A DNA stretch of 39,449 nucleotides, taken from the NCBI GenBank assembly GCA_029935075.1, contig JAOZKZ010000002.1, positions 1-39,449 of the forward strand. Direction: 5' to 3'. Positions 13,808-22,994 of the stretch are shown one piece after another. The translations under genes were made by a program, and so were the position numbers. The stretch comes from Campylobacterales bacterium (GTDB lineage: Bacteria > Campylobacterota > Campylobacteria > Campylobacterales > QNZT01). Below the pieces are notes generated by a model. It was not told the DNA's origin, made no database searches, and saw only the letters and a program-made list of their open reading frames with translations. Within the stretch, counting starts at the first letter, position 1, and the number at the start of each line of letters is the position of its first letter.

Positions 13808-15556
13808 ATGGCTTTAGTTTCAACTGATTGGAGCATCACCGCTGGTGGTGATGTTCGATATGATGGACCTGCGCATGGGGTTGCTGACGCAACCTATGCA
13901 ACGACTATTGAATTACACAGATGGCTTCAAGACCTTGCCGATGATGCAAGTGCATCTGGAGATGATCTTCTTGACATTACTGATACTACCCCGTCCGAAA
14001 GAAACGGTACGGATAACAACATCACTTTATATGACCCATATAATATTGATCAAACTGCTGCGGAACACCTATATGATGGTTCTATTACACAAAGTGGGGG
14101 AGATGATATCTGGGATGGATTCGTCAACTATGGTACAGAAGGTATTAATATTCAAATACTCCAAAATGGGGATTATGAAACAAATGATTTCTGGAACAGT
14201 ACCCCTGATGGTGAAACGGGTGGTTCAGGACTGAACAGAAACCTTGCATCTGGTATTTCACACAGATTTATGCTTAAGGTAAGAACCGCTGGTGTAGATA
14301 TTGATGGTAGACGAGTAATTGGTATGTCAAGAGAACTTGGTAAAACATACTCAGAGTTTAAGTCAACTACCTCAAGAGGTAATAACACACTTGCACTTGT
14401 AAACGCAATCGACCTGAACAACACTACAGACAAAGGCACGATTGAGGGCTGGGGATCTATTGTTAATATTGAAGGTTACAGAACAATGGATGTTGATATT
14501 AACTCTGTTAATGAACATTACTATTCAGAATATGACAAAGGTACTCAATCTATTAACGAATTGTACGAGTATGTCAAAATGCAAACAGCATATGACCGTG
14601 TTGGCACAATGTACGGTATTGATGGTAAGATATTTAGAGGTATTACACATGAAGTACAAATAGATACCCCTACTGGCACTTTTGATGCCTTTGAGGAAAT
14701 AACTTGGGGAGCTGGTGCTACTGCTGGTATGGGGCAAATGTTAGCGATTAATTCTGTAAGTGCTGGTACAGCATTATGGATGCAGTTGCTTACAGGTGTT
14801 GTACCAACTGATGGTGAAACTATTACTGGTGGCACATCTGGTGCTACTGTTGATATGGATACTAATATTACTGAAAGAACCGTAAGTCCTGTTATTATTG
14901 GTGCGTCTACTGGTTCTGCGATTATTGGTGCTTATGGATTTGGTGTTGAGGCACTTGATCTTTCAGCATCAGATAAAGTATTCTCACTTGAAGATGCTGG
15001 TACTCCTGTTATTCCACCTGACTACAAAGAAACAAAAGTAAGTGGTATTATAGACGGAGATAGAGTCCTGGTTGGACCAAATGGTGGTGGTACTACACTT
15101 CAAGATGATCAGCTTGCTGTATCAACTGAAATTACATCTGGTGCTACATCAATTATTATGAAAAGTGGTCTTGAAACAATCGGTACTGGTACTCAATTTG
15201 GTACGGATTGTCCTTCAGGAACAGGGGAGTCTTGTCTTAGAGTACTTGATGATGCTGGTGTATTCTGGAGAATTCCATATACGGCTGTGATCCATGGTTC
15301 TGGAATAGCAACATTTACTGTAAGTAGTGGTGACACCACAGGTTTAACAGCTGCTGTCGATAATGATGGTTTCTTGGCTTATATTGATGATGCCGAAGCT
15401 GGTGGAAATGAAGAAATCGAGTATACCACGGTTTACGACTCAGCTAGATCATTGTTTGTTAGGGTTAGAGATGGTGGTGGTACACCAATCAAAACCTTTG
15501 AGGGTTCTGTTTCACTTGGTGGTTCAATTTCCGCTATTAGAGGTTCAGATAGTTAA
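13808..15556 (+). CDS. large Gly/Thr/Asp-rich virion structural protein, function unknown
   Basis: ORF of 582 aa with its own late promoter and a strong AAAGGGA RBS. Codon use is GGT/GCT/ACT-rich. A hairpin follows it at 15564..15583. Confidence 0.6.
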   Translation: MALVSTDWSITAGGDVRYDGPAHGVADATYATTIELHRWLQDLADDASASGDDLLDITDTTPSERNGTDNNITLYDPYNIDQTAAEHLYDGSITQSGGDDIWDGFVNYGTEGINIQILQNGDYETNDFWNSTPDGETGGSGLNRNLASGISHRFMLKVRTAGVDIDGRRVIGMSRELGKTYSEFKSTTSRGNNTLALVNAIDLNNTTDKGTIEGWGSIVNIEGYRTMDVDINSVNEHYYSEYDKGTQSINELYEYVKMQTAYDRVGTMYGIDGKIFRGITHEVQIDTPTGTFDAFEEITWGAGATAGMGQMLAINSVSAGTALWMQLLTGVVPTDGETITGGTSGATVDMDTNITERTVSPVIIGASTGSAIIGAYGFGVEALDLSASDKVFSLEDAGTPVIPPDYKETKVSGIIDGDRVLVGPNGGGTTLQDDQLAVSTEITSGATSIIMKSGLETIGTGTQFGTDCPSGTGESCLRVLDDAGVFWRIPYTAVIHGSGIATFTVSSGDTTGLTAAVDNDGFLAYIDDAEAGGNEEIEYTTVYDSARSLFVRVRDGGGTPIKTFEGSVSLGGSISAIRGSDS

Positions 15557-15563
15557 ATTTATA

Positions 15564-15583
15564 GTGCCACCTTAGGGTGGTAC
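15564..15583 (+). terminator. stem-loop after 13808..15556 (attenuator or RNA-stabilising hairpin)
   Basis: GTGCCACC-TTAG-GGTGGTAC forms an 8-bp stem including one G-U pair. No U-tract follows. Confidence 0.35.
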
Positions 15584-15610
15584 ACTTAAACTTATACATA
15601 AAGGAAAGCT

Positions 15611-17212
15611 ATGGCAGTACCATCCTATACCACAGACTTGACAGACATAGCAGACCTTGACACTACTGGTGGCACTGCCGTAGAACCTGCTACCCTATAT
15701 TCTGGTGGTAGATCACCAATAGAAGACGACACGGATTTTCCTATTCAGGGCACAGTTCATGCATCATTAACACTTAATGCTGTTGCCAAAGGCGGTATTT
15801 TAGTACCGGGGAATTCTTGGACATACTCAGCAGGTGATTATATATTTGGCTGGCTTATTTGGCTTGCACCTAGCACAATAAACACCTATGCCAATGGTGG
15901 ACTTTCAATGCTACTGGGGTCAAGTGCCAGTGTTTTTAATGTTTATTATGTGGGTGGTAGTGACAGGGCACCTAACCCTTATGGTGGATGGCAAAATATA
16001 GCCGTGTTACCTACACTCAGTCCAGATGAAAATGCTGGTACACCTACTGCTTACCATTATGTAGGAGCGGCTGTTGATTGTATCACCAAGGTTTCTAAAG
16101 GAAATCCACTTGGTTTTGATGTCTTTAGATACGGAAGAGGTGAATTAATAGTCCAAAATGGTAGTTCAGGGGATGGATATGCTACATTTTCAGGCATGTC
16201 TACGGCTAATGATAATAATACAGCAAAATGGGGTTTATTTCAGGCGATTGAGGGTGGTTATAAATGGAAAGGGTTAATTTCATTAGGTACTACTACTTTA
16301 ACCGAGTTCGTTGATGCTAACGCCTCTATTGTTATTGACAATACAGAATGGGTTTCGGCTAACTTTAACAGGATAGAAATAAATAATGCTTCGAGTGTCA
16401 TAGACTGGACGGCTATTAATATATCAGCACTTGGGACTACCTCTAAGGGTGAGTTTGAGATGATTGATAATGCCACGGTAGATATCAAATCCTGTGCTTT
16501 TACGGATATGAGTACATTTATATTTCAATCTAATGCTGAAATTACAACTTCTACTTTTAGAAGATGTGGGCTTGTTACTCAAGGGTCTTCAACAATTACA
16601 TCATGTACCTTTGATAATCCAAGTGGGACTGTGGGGCTTGGTGTGGATTCATTAAATAATGTAACTAAATGTACCTTCAATTCAGATGGGACTGGACATG
16701 CAGTCGATCTTGGAAATATTTCTGCTGATATTAGTCTTAATTGGGATAATTATGAAAGTAACTATGCTATACAATCTGGGACTGCTGGCAATAGAACTAT
16801 TTTAGTCGATGTTGATAACAGCGTAACATTAACAATAAATGTTCAAACGGGGGCATCTACCCCTACTTATTATAACACAGGGACTGGGACTGTTAATGTA
16901 TTAGTCAGTCAAGTAACAACCACAATAACAGTAAGAGATAAAATCACAAAAGCCATTATTGAAGATGCAAGGGTATATATTTATGCTGGGAGTGGTGGCG
17001 GACTAACTGAAGGCACGGTTATAATAAATAAAGTGCTTACTGATGTAAATGGTCAAGTATCAGATACCAGATCGTTAAGTTCTGATCAGCCAATACTTGG
17101 TAGAGCACGATTCGCATCAGTAGAGCCGTATTACAAAACAGAACCAGTAGGTGCGACTATTAGCTCGACATCTGGTTTAGATTTAACTTTATATATGATT
17201 GGAGACGAGTAA
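15611..17212 (+). CDS. tailspike/fibre-like protein with parallel beta-helix-type repeats
   Basis: It has repeats of the type TTSTFRRCGLVTQGSSTITSCTFDNPSGTVGLGVDSLNNVTKCTFNSDGTGHAVDLG. Confidence 0.55.
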   Translation: MAVPSYTTDLTDIADLDTTGGTAVEPATLYSGGRSPIEDDTDFPIQGTVHASLTLNAVAKGGILVPGNSWTYSAGDYIFGWLIWLAPSTINTYANGGLSMLLGSSASVFNVYYVGGSDRAPNPYGGWQNIAVLPTLSPDENAGTPTAYHYVGAAVDCITKVSKGNPLGFDVFRYGRGELIVQNGSSGDGYATFSGMSTANDNNTAKWGLFQAIEGGYKWKGLISLGTTTLTEFVDANASIVIDNTEWVSANFNRIEINNASSVIDWTAINISALGTTSKGEFEMIDNATVDIKSCAFTDMSTFIFQSNAEITTSTFRRCGLVTQGSSTITSCTFDNPSGTVGLGVDSLNNVTKCTFNSDGTGHAVDLGNISADISLNWDNYESNYAIQSGTAGNRTILVDVDNSVTLTINVQTGASTPTYYNTGTGTVNVLVSQVTTTITVRDKITKAIIEDARVYIYAGSGGGLTEGTVIINKVLTDVNGQVSDTRSLSSDQPILGRARFASVEPYYKTEPVGATISSTSGLDLTLYMIGDE

Positions 17213-17409
17213 TGGATGAACTAAGTAAAAGGAACTTTCATACACTATCAGAAGGACTTAAGTCCGTGAGAGATGAAATTATGGAAGTAAAAGAAGACAA
17301 TAAGCGAAAAGACAGTATAATAGCACAATTAAATATTAGAATAGACACCCTACAACAACAGGTTTCTGTGTTGTTTGCCAAGAGTATGGGTTCTGGGACT
17401 ACTGAATAA
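17212..17409 (+). CDS. small coiled-coil protein
   Basis: ORF of 65 aa with heptad-like charge pattern. Its start overlaps the upstream stop codon. Confidence 0.5.
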   Translation: MDELSKRNFHTLSEGLKSVRDEIMEVKEDNKRKDSIIAQLNIRIDTLQQQVSVLFAKSMGSGTTE

Positions 17410-17418
17410 AGGAACTAG

Positions 17419-19344
17419 ATGAATATAGTTATGGATTGGGGAACATTAAACATTAATGTCCCAAGAGATGAAATGCTTCTTATCCAAAGCACACCAGTAG
17501 AAGTAAGACAACTCGATCTTACTGAGTTTAGATATGCTATGCATGATAAACAAGATGATGAAGCAGGCATAGCATATCTTGATATGCATTCTCATAACCC
17601 ACCCGTGGAAGTTTCTGGGGTATCCTTGGCACAGGTAGTTCAAATTATAAACAACTATACAGTGACATTTGAAGACGGGTTATATAATGTCAATATAGTA
17701 GGCGGAAATTCAAATATTTCTGATAATACTATTAAAAACCAAGTCGGGGTAAATACATCAAACTCGGCTGGTCTTCAAGATTCTGTTTCATTACAAGCGG
17801 CTTCCTTTGGTGGTGAAGTGGCCGTTGATGCTATTAGCGGAACCCCTGGGACTACATTCCCAATAGGGACTAAAAGATCACCATGTAGTAATGTTCAAGA
17901 TGCAGTAACCATATCCAAAAGAGAAGGTATAGATACTATATTATTCCAGAGTGATTATACACTAACTACTGGGGATAATGTGGAAAAACTACACCTCATG
18001 GGGTCTTCTCATGTCATATCTGATTTAATAGTAGAACCAGGGGCAGAGTGCTTAGAAACATCTTTTAGTAAATTTACAATATCTGGGACACTTGATGGTG
18101 ATTCTGATATAACTGATTGTATTGTAATGGACATAGAATATTTTAATGGACACATACACGATTGTTCATTAGGAGGGACTATCACCTTGGCTGGCTCAAA
18201 AGATGCTTTACTCGATGATTGTAGAATGCTGAATATAATGGTAAACCCAGTTATAGATGCTGGGGGGTCTAGTCAAAACCTAATAATGTCTAACTATACA
18301 GGGGTTTTAGAATTGACCAATACTACCGATGCTAACCAGTACGGTATTGGTATATCCGCTGGTGATGTCATAGTAGATTCTTCTTGTGTAGGTGGTATTA
18401 TTGCCCTGTCAGGTGATGGCACGGTAACTGATAATTCACAGCCTAATTGCTATGTTATTGATAAACTCTCGGATGGTACAGAATTAGCCAATCTCCAAAG
18501 AGTAATAGAATACCTAAGACCACACCATACAGGCTCAGGTGAGATTATTTATTGGGACCCTTATGCTGGTTCTGATGTTCACCATGGTGATGCCCCTGAC
18601 AGGGCATTTAAGACATTTGCCGTTGCTCATGCGGTAGCCGAAAATGCCAATCATGATACTATTATGATAATAGCTGGTAACCCAGCAGGTGTCACGGTTA
18701 TCACTGAGCCTATGAATATAACTAAGGATTACTTGTTTATAAGAGGCCCAGGACGGGATGTTGTATGTAATTACAACGGGACTGGGATAACCACCACGGC
18801 AAGAGGTACAGAATTTTCAGGATTCAGGATAGGAAACACAGGCGTGGATTCAATAGGCATAGAAAGCTCAGGGGACTTTACATTAGTAGAGGATGTCTGG
18901 CTAGAGAATTGTTATAATGCCTTGAAAATAACTGGCTCTCACCCTGTTATAAAAAATTGTGATGTATTTCATCCACTGGGTTACGGGATAAAATTACAAG
19001 GAAACATAAGACAAGGTACAATAGAAAATTGTAGAGTAGGGGCAGCAGGCACAAATGGCATGGAGATAGACACTTATACAGGATACGGGGGTATTACTCT
19101 GAATAATTGTGTATTTGCCGATTCTGAGGAATACGGGCTGGTGTTATCAGCGACCACCAAAAACACAATAGTAGACATGGATACTGTTTTTCATAATAAT
19201 ACCCTTGGTAAGTTCAATGACTTAAACCCAGGGAATAATATCATAGGTACCGATGTGACTGTTGCCGTGGACTTTGAGCCTACTAATAACTTGATAAAAG
19301 CAGAGCACAAAAAGACCAGAAACACAGTCATAGCGACTTCATAA
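17419..19344 (+). CDS. tailspike/depolymerase-like protein with right-handed beta-helix repeats
   Basis: NCYNALKITGSHPVIKNCDVFHPLGYGIKLQGNIRQGTIENCRVGAAGTNGMEID...ITLNNCVFADSEEYGLVLS shows a pectate-lyase-like repeat pattern. Confidence 0.6.
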   Translation: MNIVMDWGTLNINVPRDEMLLIQSTPVEVRQLDLTEFRYAMHDKQDDEAGIAYLDMHSHNPPVEVSGVSLAQVVQIINNYTVTFEDGLYNVNIVGGNSNISDNTIKNQVGVNTSNSAGLQDSVSLQAASFGGEVAVDAISGTPGTTFPIGTKRSPCSNVQDAVTISKREGIDTILFQSDYTLTTGDNVEKLHLMGSSHVISDLIVEPGAECLETSFSKFTISGTLDGDSDITDCIVMDIEYFNGHIHDCSLGGTITLAGSKDALLDDCRMLNIMVNPVIDAGGSSQNLIMSNYTGVLELTNTTDANQYGIGISAGDVIVDSSCVGGIIALSGDGTVTDNSQPNCYVIDKLSDGTELANLQRVIEYLRPHHTGSGEIIYWDPYAGSDVHHGDAPDRAFKTFAVAHAVAENANHDTIMIIAGNPAGVTVITEPMNITKDYLFIRGPGRDVVCNYNGTGITTTARGTEFSGFRIGNTGVDSIGIESSGDFTLVEDVWLENCYNALKITGSHPVIKNCDVFHPLGYGIKLQGNIRQGTIENCRVGAAGTNGMEIDTYTGYGGITLNNCVFADSEEYGLVLSATTKNTIVDMDTVFHNNTLGKFNDLNPGNNIIGTDVTVAVDFEPTNNLIKAEHKKTRNTVIATS

Positions 19345-19352
19345 GGACAAAG

Positions 19353-19634
19353 ATGACAAACAACACCACACACCAAGAGATTATTGACCTCTTTCCTGAT
19401 AACACCGATAATAGTATTTCTGCCGAGGATATGAGATTATCCATGAACGGAATTTTTACCGACAGGGAAGTAAAGGTAGTAAAAATATCCGATTTTAGTG
19501 ACCTTCCTTTGGCACTGAATATTTACGAGGGAACTTTAGTCATAGTATACCAAGGTACCGATACTGGGCTTTACCTGAGCCTGATCAATCAACCACAACA
19601 AGAATCGGAGTTGATAACTATCTGTAAATCTTAA
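19353..19634 (+). CDS. stand-alone copy of the LFPDN..ISAxDMR N-module (93 aa)
   Basis: The motif is IIDLFPDNTDNSISAEDMRLSMNGIF, and the ORF ends right after the shared ~90-aa domain. Confidence 0.55.
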   Translation: MTNNTTHQEIIDLFPDNTDNSISAEDMRLSMNGIFTDREVKVVKISDFSDLPLALNIYEGTLVIVYQGTDTGLYLSLINQPQQESELITICKS

Positions 19635-19637
19635 TAT

Positions 19638-19676
19638 TAAATCCTTTATAAATACATAAACTTAGAAAAGGATTTA
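19638..19676 (+). promoter_or_regulatory. late promoter TATAAATA (19647..19654) inside a 10-bp hairpin that pairs an anti-SD with the SD of 19678
   Basis: TAAATCCTTT (19638..19647) pairs perfectly with AAAGGATTTA (19667..19676), checked base by base. The SD AAAGGA lies in the 3' arm and the promoter lies in the loop. Confidence 0.6.
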
Positions 19677-19677
19677 T

Positions 19678-20079
19678 ATGAACGATGTTACACATCCACC
19701 CTGCACTTCGTGCCATGCACACGATGAATTAAACCACGAGGTAGATAATATCAAAGCTGAAGTAAATAAACTGACTACACAAAATACGGTAGAACATTCT
19801 AAATTGCTCCAAGACATAAAGTGGATGAAATTAATAGGCTATATGATGATTATAGGCACCTTGAGCATCCTTGGGACCACATGGAAACTAAACTACAACA
19901 CAGACTCAGTAGAAACGGGTCTTAAATTGATAGCCAAAGATGTGTCTTTGCTGGTCAAGCAAACCGACCAAAATATCAAGATAATAAAAGATGATATAAA
20001 AGACTGCCAGATGCACAAAGATGATTATAAAGATTATAAGTATAATAATTACAGTAATTACAAGCCTTATAAGCAGTAG
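19678..20079 (+). CDS. single-TM membrane protein, first gene of the lysis cassette (holin/antiholin candidate)
   Basis: It has one hydrophobic span, LIGYMMIIGTLSILGTTW, and a charged Tyr/Lys-rich tail. Confidence 0.45.
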   Translation: MNDVTHPPCTSCHAHDELNHEVDNIKAEVNKLTTQNTVEHSKLLQDIKWMKLIGYMMIIGTLSILGTTWKLNYNTDSVETGLKLIAKDVSLLVKQTDQNIKIIKDDIKDCQMHKDDYKDYKYNNYSNYKPYKQ

Positions 20080-20081
20080 AA

Positions 20082-20492
20082 ATGCCAAAGTTAGACGACC
20101 CAGAATATGCAGAGGAATTAGATTCGGTTGATAACGAACAGACCAGTTATGACGAAAACAAAGGGAAAATGTCTGACTGGACATTCTATAAATCAGGCTG
20201 GCGACCAGCCCTTGGGTGGTTGAGTGTTTTGATTATTCTTTATGCGTTTATAGTACACCCCTTGATGATATGGTTTGCTTCATTTATGGGGTATGTTGTC
20301 GTGCCTCCTGATATAAATGCAGAGGCTATGATAAACTTGGTTGCGATTGTAATTGGAATAGGGGCTATGCGTACTTATGAAAAAGTACGATTTAACGACA
20401 GACATAATCGACAAAGGTCTATTTCATCAAGATTCGACAGACCAAGAAACCCAAGGGAACCAAGGTACGAGGAATCCGAAGAGGACTACTAA
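20082..20492 (+). CDS. 3-TM holin candidate
   Basis: SGWRPALGWLSVLIILYAFIVHPLMIWFASFMGYVVVPP...LVAIVIGIGAM has three hydrophobic spans. The WRP..GW start resembles the GTA-type 3-TM holin family as I recall it. Confidence 0.5.
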   Translation: MPKLDDPEYAEELDSVDNEQTSYDENKGKMSDWTFYKSGWRPALGWLSVLIILYAFIVHPLMIWFASFMGYVVVPPDINAEAMINLVAIVIGIGAMRTYEKVRFNDRHNRQRSISSRFDRPRNPREPRYEESEEDY

Positions 20493-20504
20493 AAAAGGAT
20501 AAAA

Positions 20505-20663
20505 ATGTTAGAAGAACTTATACAAATAATGGACTTTAATCAAGAGAACCCTAATATAAGGGAACTAATAGAATACCTCATAGACCAAAAATTATCAGAA
20601 GAGGTAAACGAGGTTATATATGAACTTAGTGCATCGTGCTATGAATTAGGCAGAGCAGAGTAA
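20505..20663 (+). CDS. hypothetical small acidic protein (52 aa, not in the ORF track)
   Basis: My own translation is MLEELIQIMDFNQENPNIRELIEYLIDQKLSEEVNEVIYELSASCYELGRAE*. It is preceded by AAAAGGA and joins the next gene through a TAATG junction. Confidence 0.45.
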   Translation: MLEELIQIMDFNQENPNIRELIEYLIDQKLSEEVNEVIYELSASCYELGRAE

Positions 20664-21088
20664 TGTTTGAAAATAAATGGATGAAACTTTTTGGAGTTTC
20701 TTTGCTAATTTTTATTCTTTTGTTGTTCTTTATGACTATCCCTTTAATCAAAGGACAACATATTTTTAGTAATATATTCGTTGATTCTTATATGCCGAGG
20801 AAGGTCTTGATAGTAGAAAAAGCCCCTGTCAGGATTATCTTTTTCGGTGAAACCGGGGACAATTTCGATTCTAATACTACTACTGAGATCATAAGAGCAC
20901 TGGATAAAGTCCAATATATACCTGGGTATCATTTAAACAAAGAAACGATAATTTCAGTAGATTCTGAGCTGACTGGTGACAGAAAAAGAGGTTCCAGTAA
21001 AAGTGTAATAGGTACTGATACCCACAGTGATGAATACAAAAATTATAGACAAAGAGAACCCAGAGAACCCCGAACACGGGAATATTAA
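20663..21088 (+). CDS. N-terminally anchored membrane protein
   Basis: The N-terminus has the hydrophobic span LFGVSLLIFILLLFFMTIPLI. The C-terminal REPREPR resembles the tail of 20082..20492 (RNPREPR). Confidence 0.5.
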   Translation: MFENKWMKLFGVSLLIFILLLFFMTIPLIKGQHIFSNIFVDSYMPRKVLIVEKAPVRIIFFGETGDNFDSNTTTEIIRALDKVQYIPGYHLNKETIISVDSELTGDRKRGSSKSVIGTDTHSDEYKNYRQREPREPRTREY

Positions 21089-21105
21089 CTTAAGAAAGGA
21101 AAATA

Positions 21106-21531
21106 ATGAATATTTTAAGTTTATTTACAGGTCAAAGCACCTTATTAATATACGGGGTTGTTGCCCTTGTATCGAGTGGTATAATAGGAACAATGGTTTA
21201 CAAATTCCATTACAAGCCTATTAAGTTATTAAACAAAGAAATTGTATTGTTGAATACCAATATAACCACATTAGACAGTCATCTGAATCGTTTGAAGCTA
21301 AAGCTGAATAACTCAGAAGCCTTGCTCGAAGAATGCAAGGATTCCATTAAGGTGAAGGAATTTGAGGTTATATGGTCAGCAGCCGGGGACAACCTGGATA
21401 AATTGACCAACGAATTAAACGATATAAACGATACAGAGCCTGAGAGTTCTGTTCTATACAGATATAGAAAGGACAGCAATGAAAATAGCAACAGCAACAG
21501 CAGTGTTTTTAACTATAAGTTTATTTTTTAG
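21106..21531 (+). CDS. i-spanin candidate (N-terminal TM plus coiled coil)
   Basis: LLIYGVVALVSSGIIGTMVY is followed by a heptad-like region. The 3' end overlaps the lipoprotein gene. Confidence 0.5.
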   Translation: MNILSLFTGQSTLLIYGVVALVSSGIIGTMVYKFHYKPIKLLNKEIVLLNTNITTLDSHLNRLKLKLNNSEALLEECKDSIKVKEFEVIWSAAGDNLDKLTNELNDINDTEPESSVLYRYRKDSNENSNSNSSVFNYKFIF

Positions 21532-21784
21532 CGGATGTGCCAAGGATAAACCCGAAGTACAAACAAAATTAGTATACATAAAACAAAAAGTACCAGAGCA
21601 AAGAACCCTGAAATCAGTAAAACTTTATGAAATAACCGATATCAAAAATTATGATAAAAGATACTACAAGGTGAATAAAAATCAGCTCAAAAGAGCACAA
21701 AAGACCACAAACCATCTAAGAAAACAAAACAAGTTCTATGTAGATCAGGCTTATAACTTTAATGCTAAGTTTGTTAAGAAATAG
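21479..21784 (+). CDS. o-spanin candidate (lipoprotein)
   Basis: The signal and lipobox read MKIATATAVFLTISLFFSG|C. The gene starts inside the 3' end of 21106..21531 in another frame. Confidence 0.45.
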   Translation: MKIATATAVFLTISLFFSGCAKDKPEVQTKLVYIKQKVPEQRTLKSVKLYEITDIKNYDKRYYKVNKNQLKRAQKTTNHLRKQNKFYVDQAYNFNAKFVKK

Positions 21785-21795
21785 AAAGGACATAG

Positions 21796-22431
21796 ATGGA
21801 TTATTTTAAACTACAGGATATATTTTATAGGTCCAGTCAAGCAGATATAGAGGAGTTCTTAGATACATTTGATAGTTATGCTGTGCTTTTCGGGATAGAT
21901 ACTAAATTTCAAGAGGATTTATTTCTTGCTCAAATAAGAGCAGAAATTGGTGTAAACCTCAGACCTAAAAGAGAAAACCTCAATTATTCTTGTAAAGGAT
22001 TAAGGAAAATATTCAAGTATTACAGAAAAAACCCAAAAGATTCTAACAGAGATGGTAGATGCAACGGTCACAGGGCTAACCATAAAAAAATAGCAAATAA
22101 AGTTTATAGTAATAGATTAGGAAACGGGGGGTATTCATCAGGAGATGGCTTCAGATTTTCTGGATCTGGGTATGTACAAATCACAGGTCGCTATAATTTT
22201 TCAAAAATATCTGCCGTGATTTCTCAAGTCTTAAATGCTAAAATTGATTTATATATGCTAGAAGAGACTATTCATACACCTTCTATGGCTTTACTTAGTG
22301 CTTTGGGATTTTGGTATATCAATAAAATATATAATTGCGAAACAGTTGACTGTGCTACAAGAAAAATCAACAGATACACAAAATCTTATAGAAAAAGAAG
22401 AGAATATTATAACTATATTTCAAGTTTATAG
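21796..22431 (+). CDS. GH19-family (chitinase-like) endolysin
   Basis: LFLAQIRAEIG...ENLNYS and VYSNRLGNGGYSSGDGFRFSGSGYVQITGRYNF match GH19 motifs (AFLAQxxHES..E.lNYS; R.GN..gDG..yrGRGxIQLTGrxNY). Confidence 0.75.
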   Translation: MDYFKLQDIFYRSSQADIEEFLDTFDSYAVLFGIDTKFQEDLFLAQIRAEIGVNLRPKRENLNYSCKGLRKIFKYYRKNPKDSNRDGRCNGHRANHKKIANKVYSNRLGNGGYSSGDGFRFSGSGYVQITGRYNFSKISAVISQVLNAKIDLYMLEETIHTPSMALLSALGFWYINKIYNCETVDCATRKINRYTKSYRKRREYYNYISSL

Positions 22432-22445
22432 TTAAAAGGAACAGA

Positions 22446-22955
22446 ATGAGACATAAAAAATTTTCAAGCATAGGCAAAGACCTTACACTTGGCGTATACA
22501 ATGATGATATTTTCATTACCAAAAGGGAAATAAACACGGTAGTAGTCCATTGTGCGGCTACCCCAGTGGGTGTATATTACGATGCCTATGATATTGACGA
22601 CTGGCACCTCGACAGATGGGGACCTAGATCAGGCTGTGGGTATCATTATGTTATACTTCTTGACGGGACTATCCAGAAATCAAGATGGGTAGACTACCCA
22701 GGGGCACATGTCAGAGGTCACAACCGAAACTCCATTGGAGTTTGTTATATAGGTGGTGTCTTTGAAGACAACTCCCCTGCTTTTGACCATGAGACACCAG
22801 AGCAAAGACAATCACTACTCAGGCTTTTGAACCTTTTGAAGAATGATTATAACCTCAAGGATACTGATATCCTTGGTCACAACGAATTCCCAGGTGTCAA
22901 GAAGAGTTGCCCTTGCCTGGATATGGATGAGATAAGATACGACCTCGAAGACTAA
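22446..22955 (+). CDS. N-acetylmuramoyl-L-alanine amidase (T7-lysozyme/PGRP type)
   Basis: VVVHCAAT, GYHYVILLDGTIQ, GAHVRGHNRNSIGVCYIGG and HNEF...KSCPC parallel T7 lysozyme (IFVHCSAT, GYHFIIKRDGTVE, GSHAKGYNHNSIGVCLVGG, HHEV..KACPSF). Confidence 0.85.
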   Translation: MRHKKFSSIGKDLTLGVYNDDIFITKREINTVVVHCAATPVGVYYDAYDIDDWHLDRWGPRSGCGYHYVILLDGTIQKSRWVDYPGAHVRGHNRNSIGVCYIGGVFEDNSPAFDHETPEQRQSLLRLLNLLKNDYNLKDTDILGHNEFPGVKKSCPCLDMDEIRYDLED

Positions 22956-22956
22956 C

Positions 22957-22986
22957 TTATCCTTTTATAAATACAATAAAAGATAA
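22957..22986 (+). promoter_or_regulatory. late promoter TATAAATA (22966..22973) within a weaker anti-SD/SD pairing
   Basis: TTATCCTTTT pairs with AAAAG-ATAA, giving 9 bp with one bulge. The 3' arm abuts the AAGGA SD of 22995. Confidence 0.45.
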
Positions 22987-22994
22987 GGAACACT

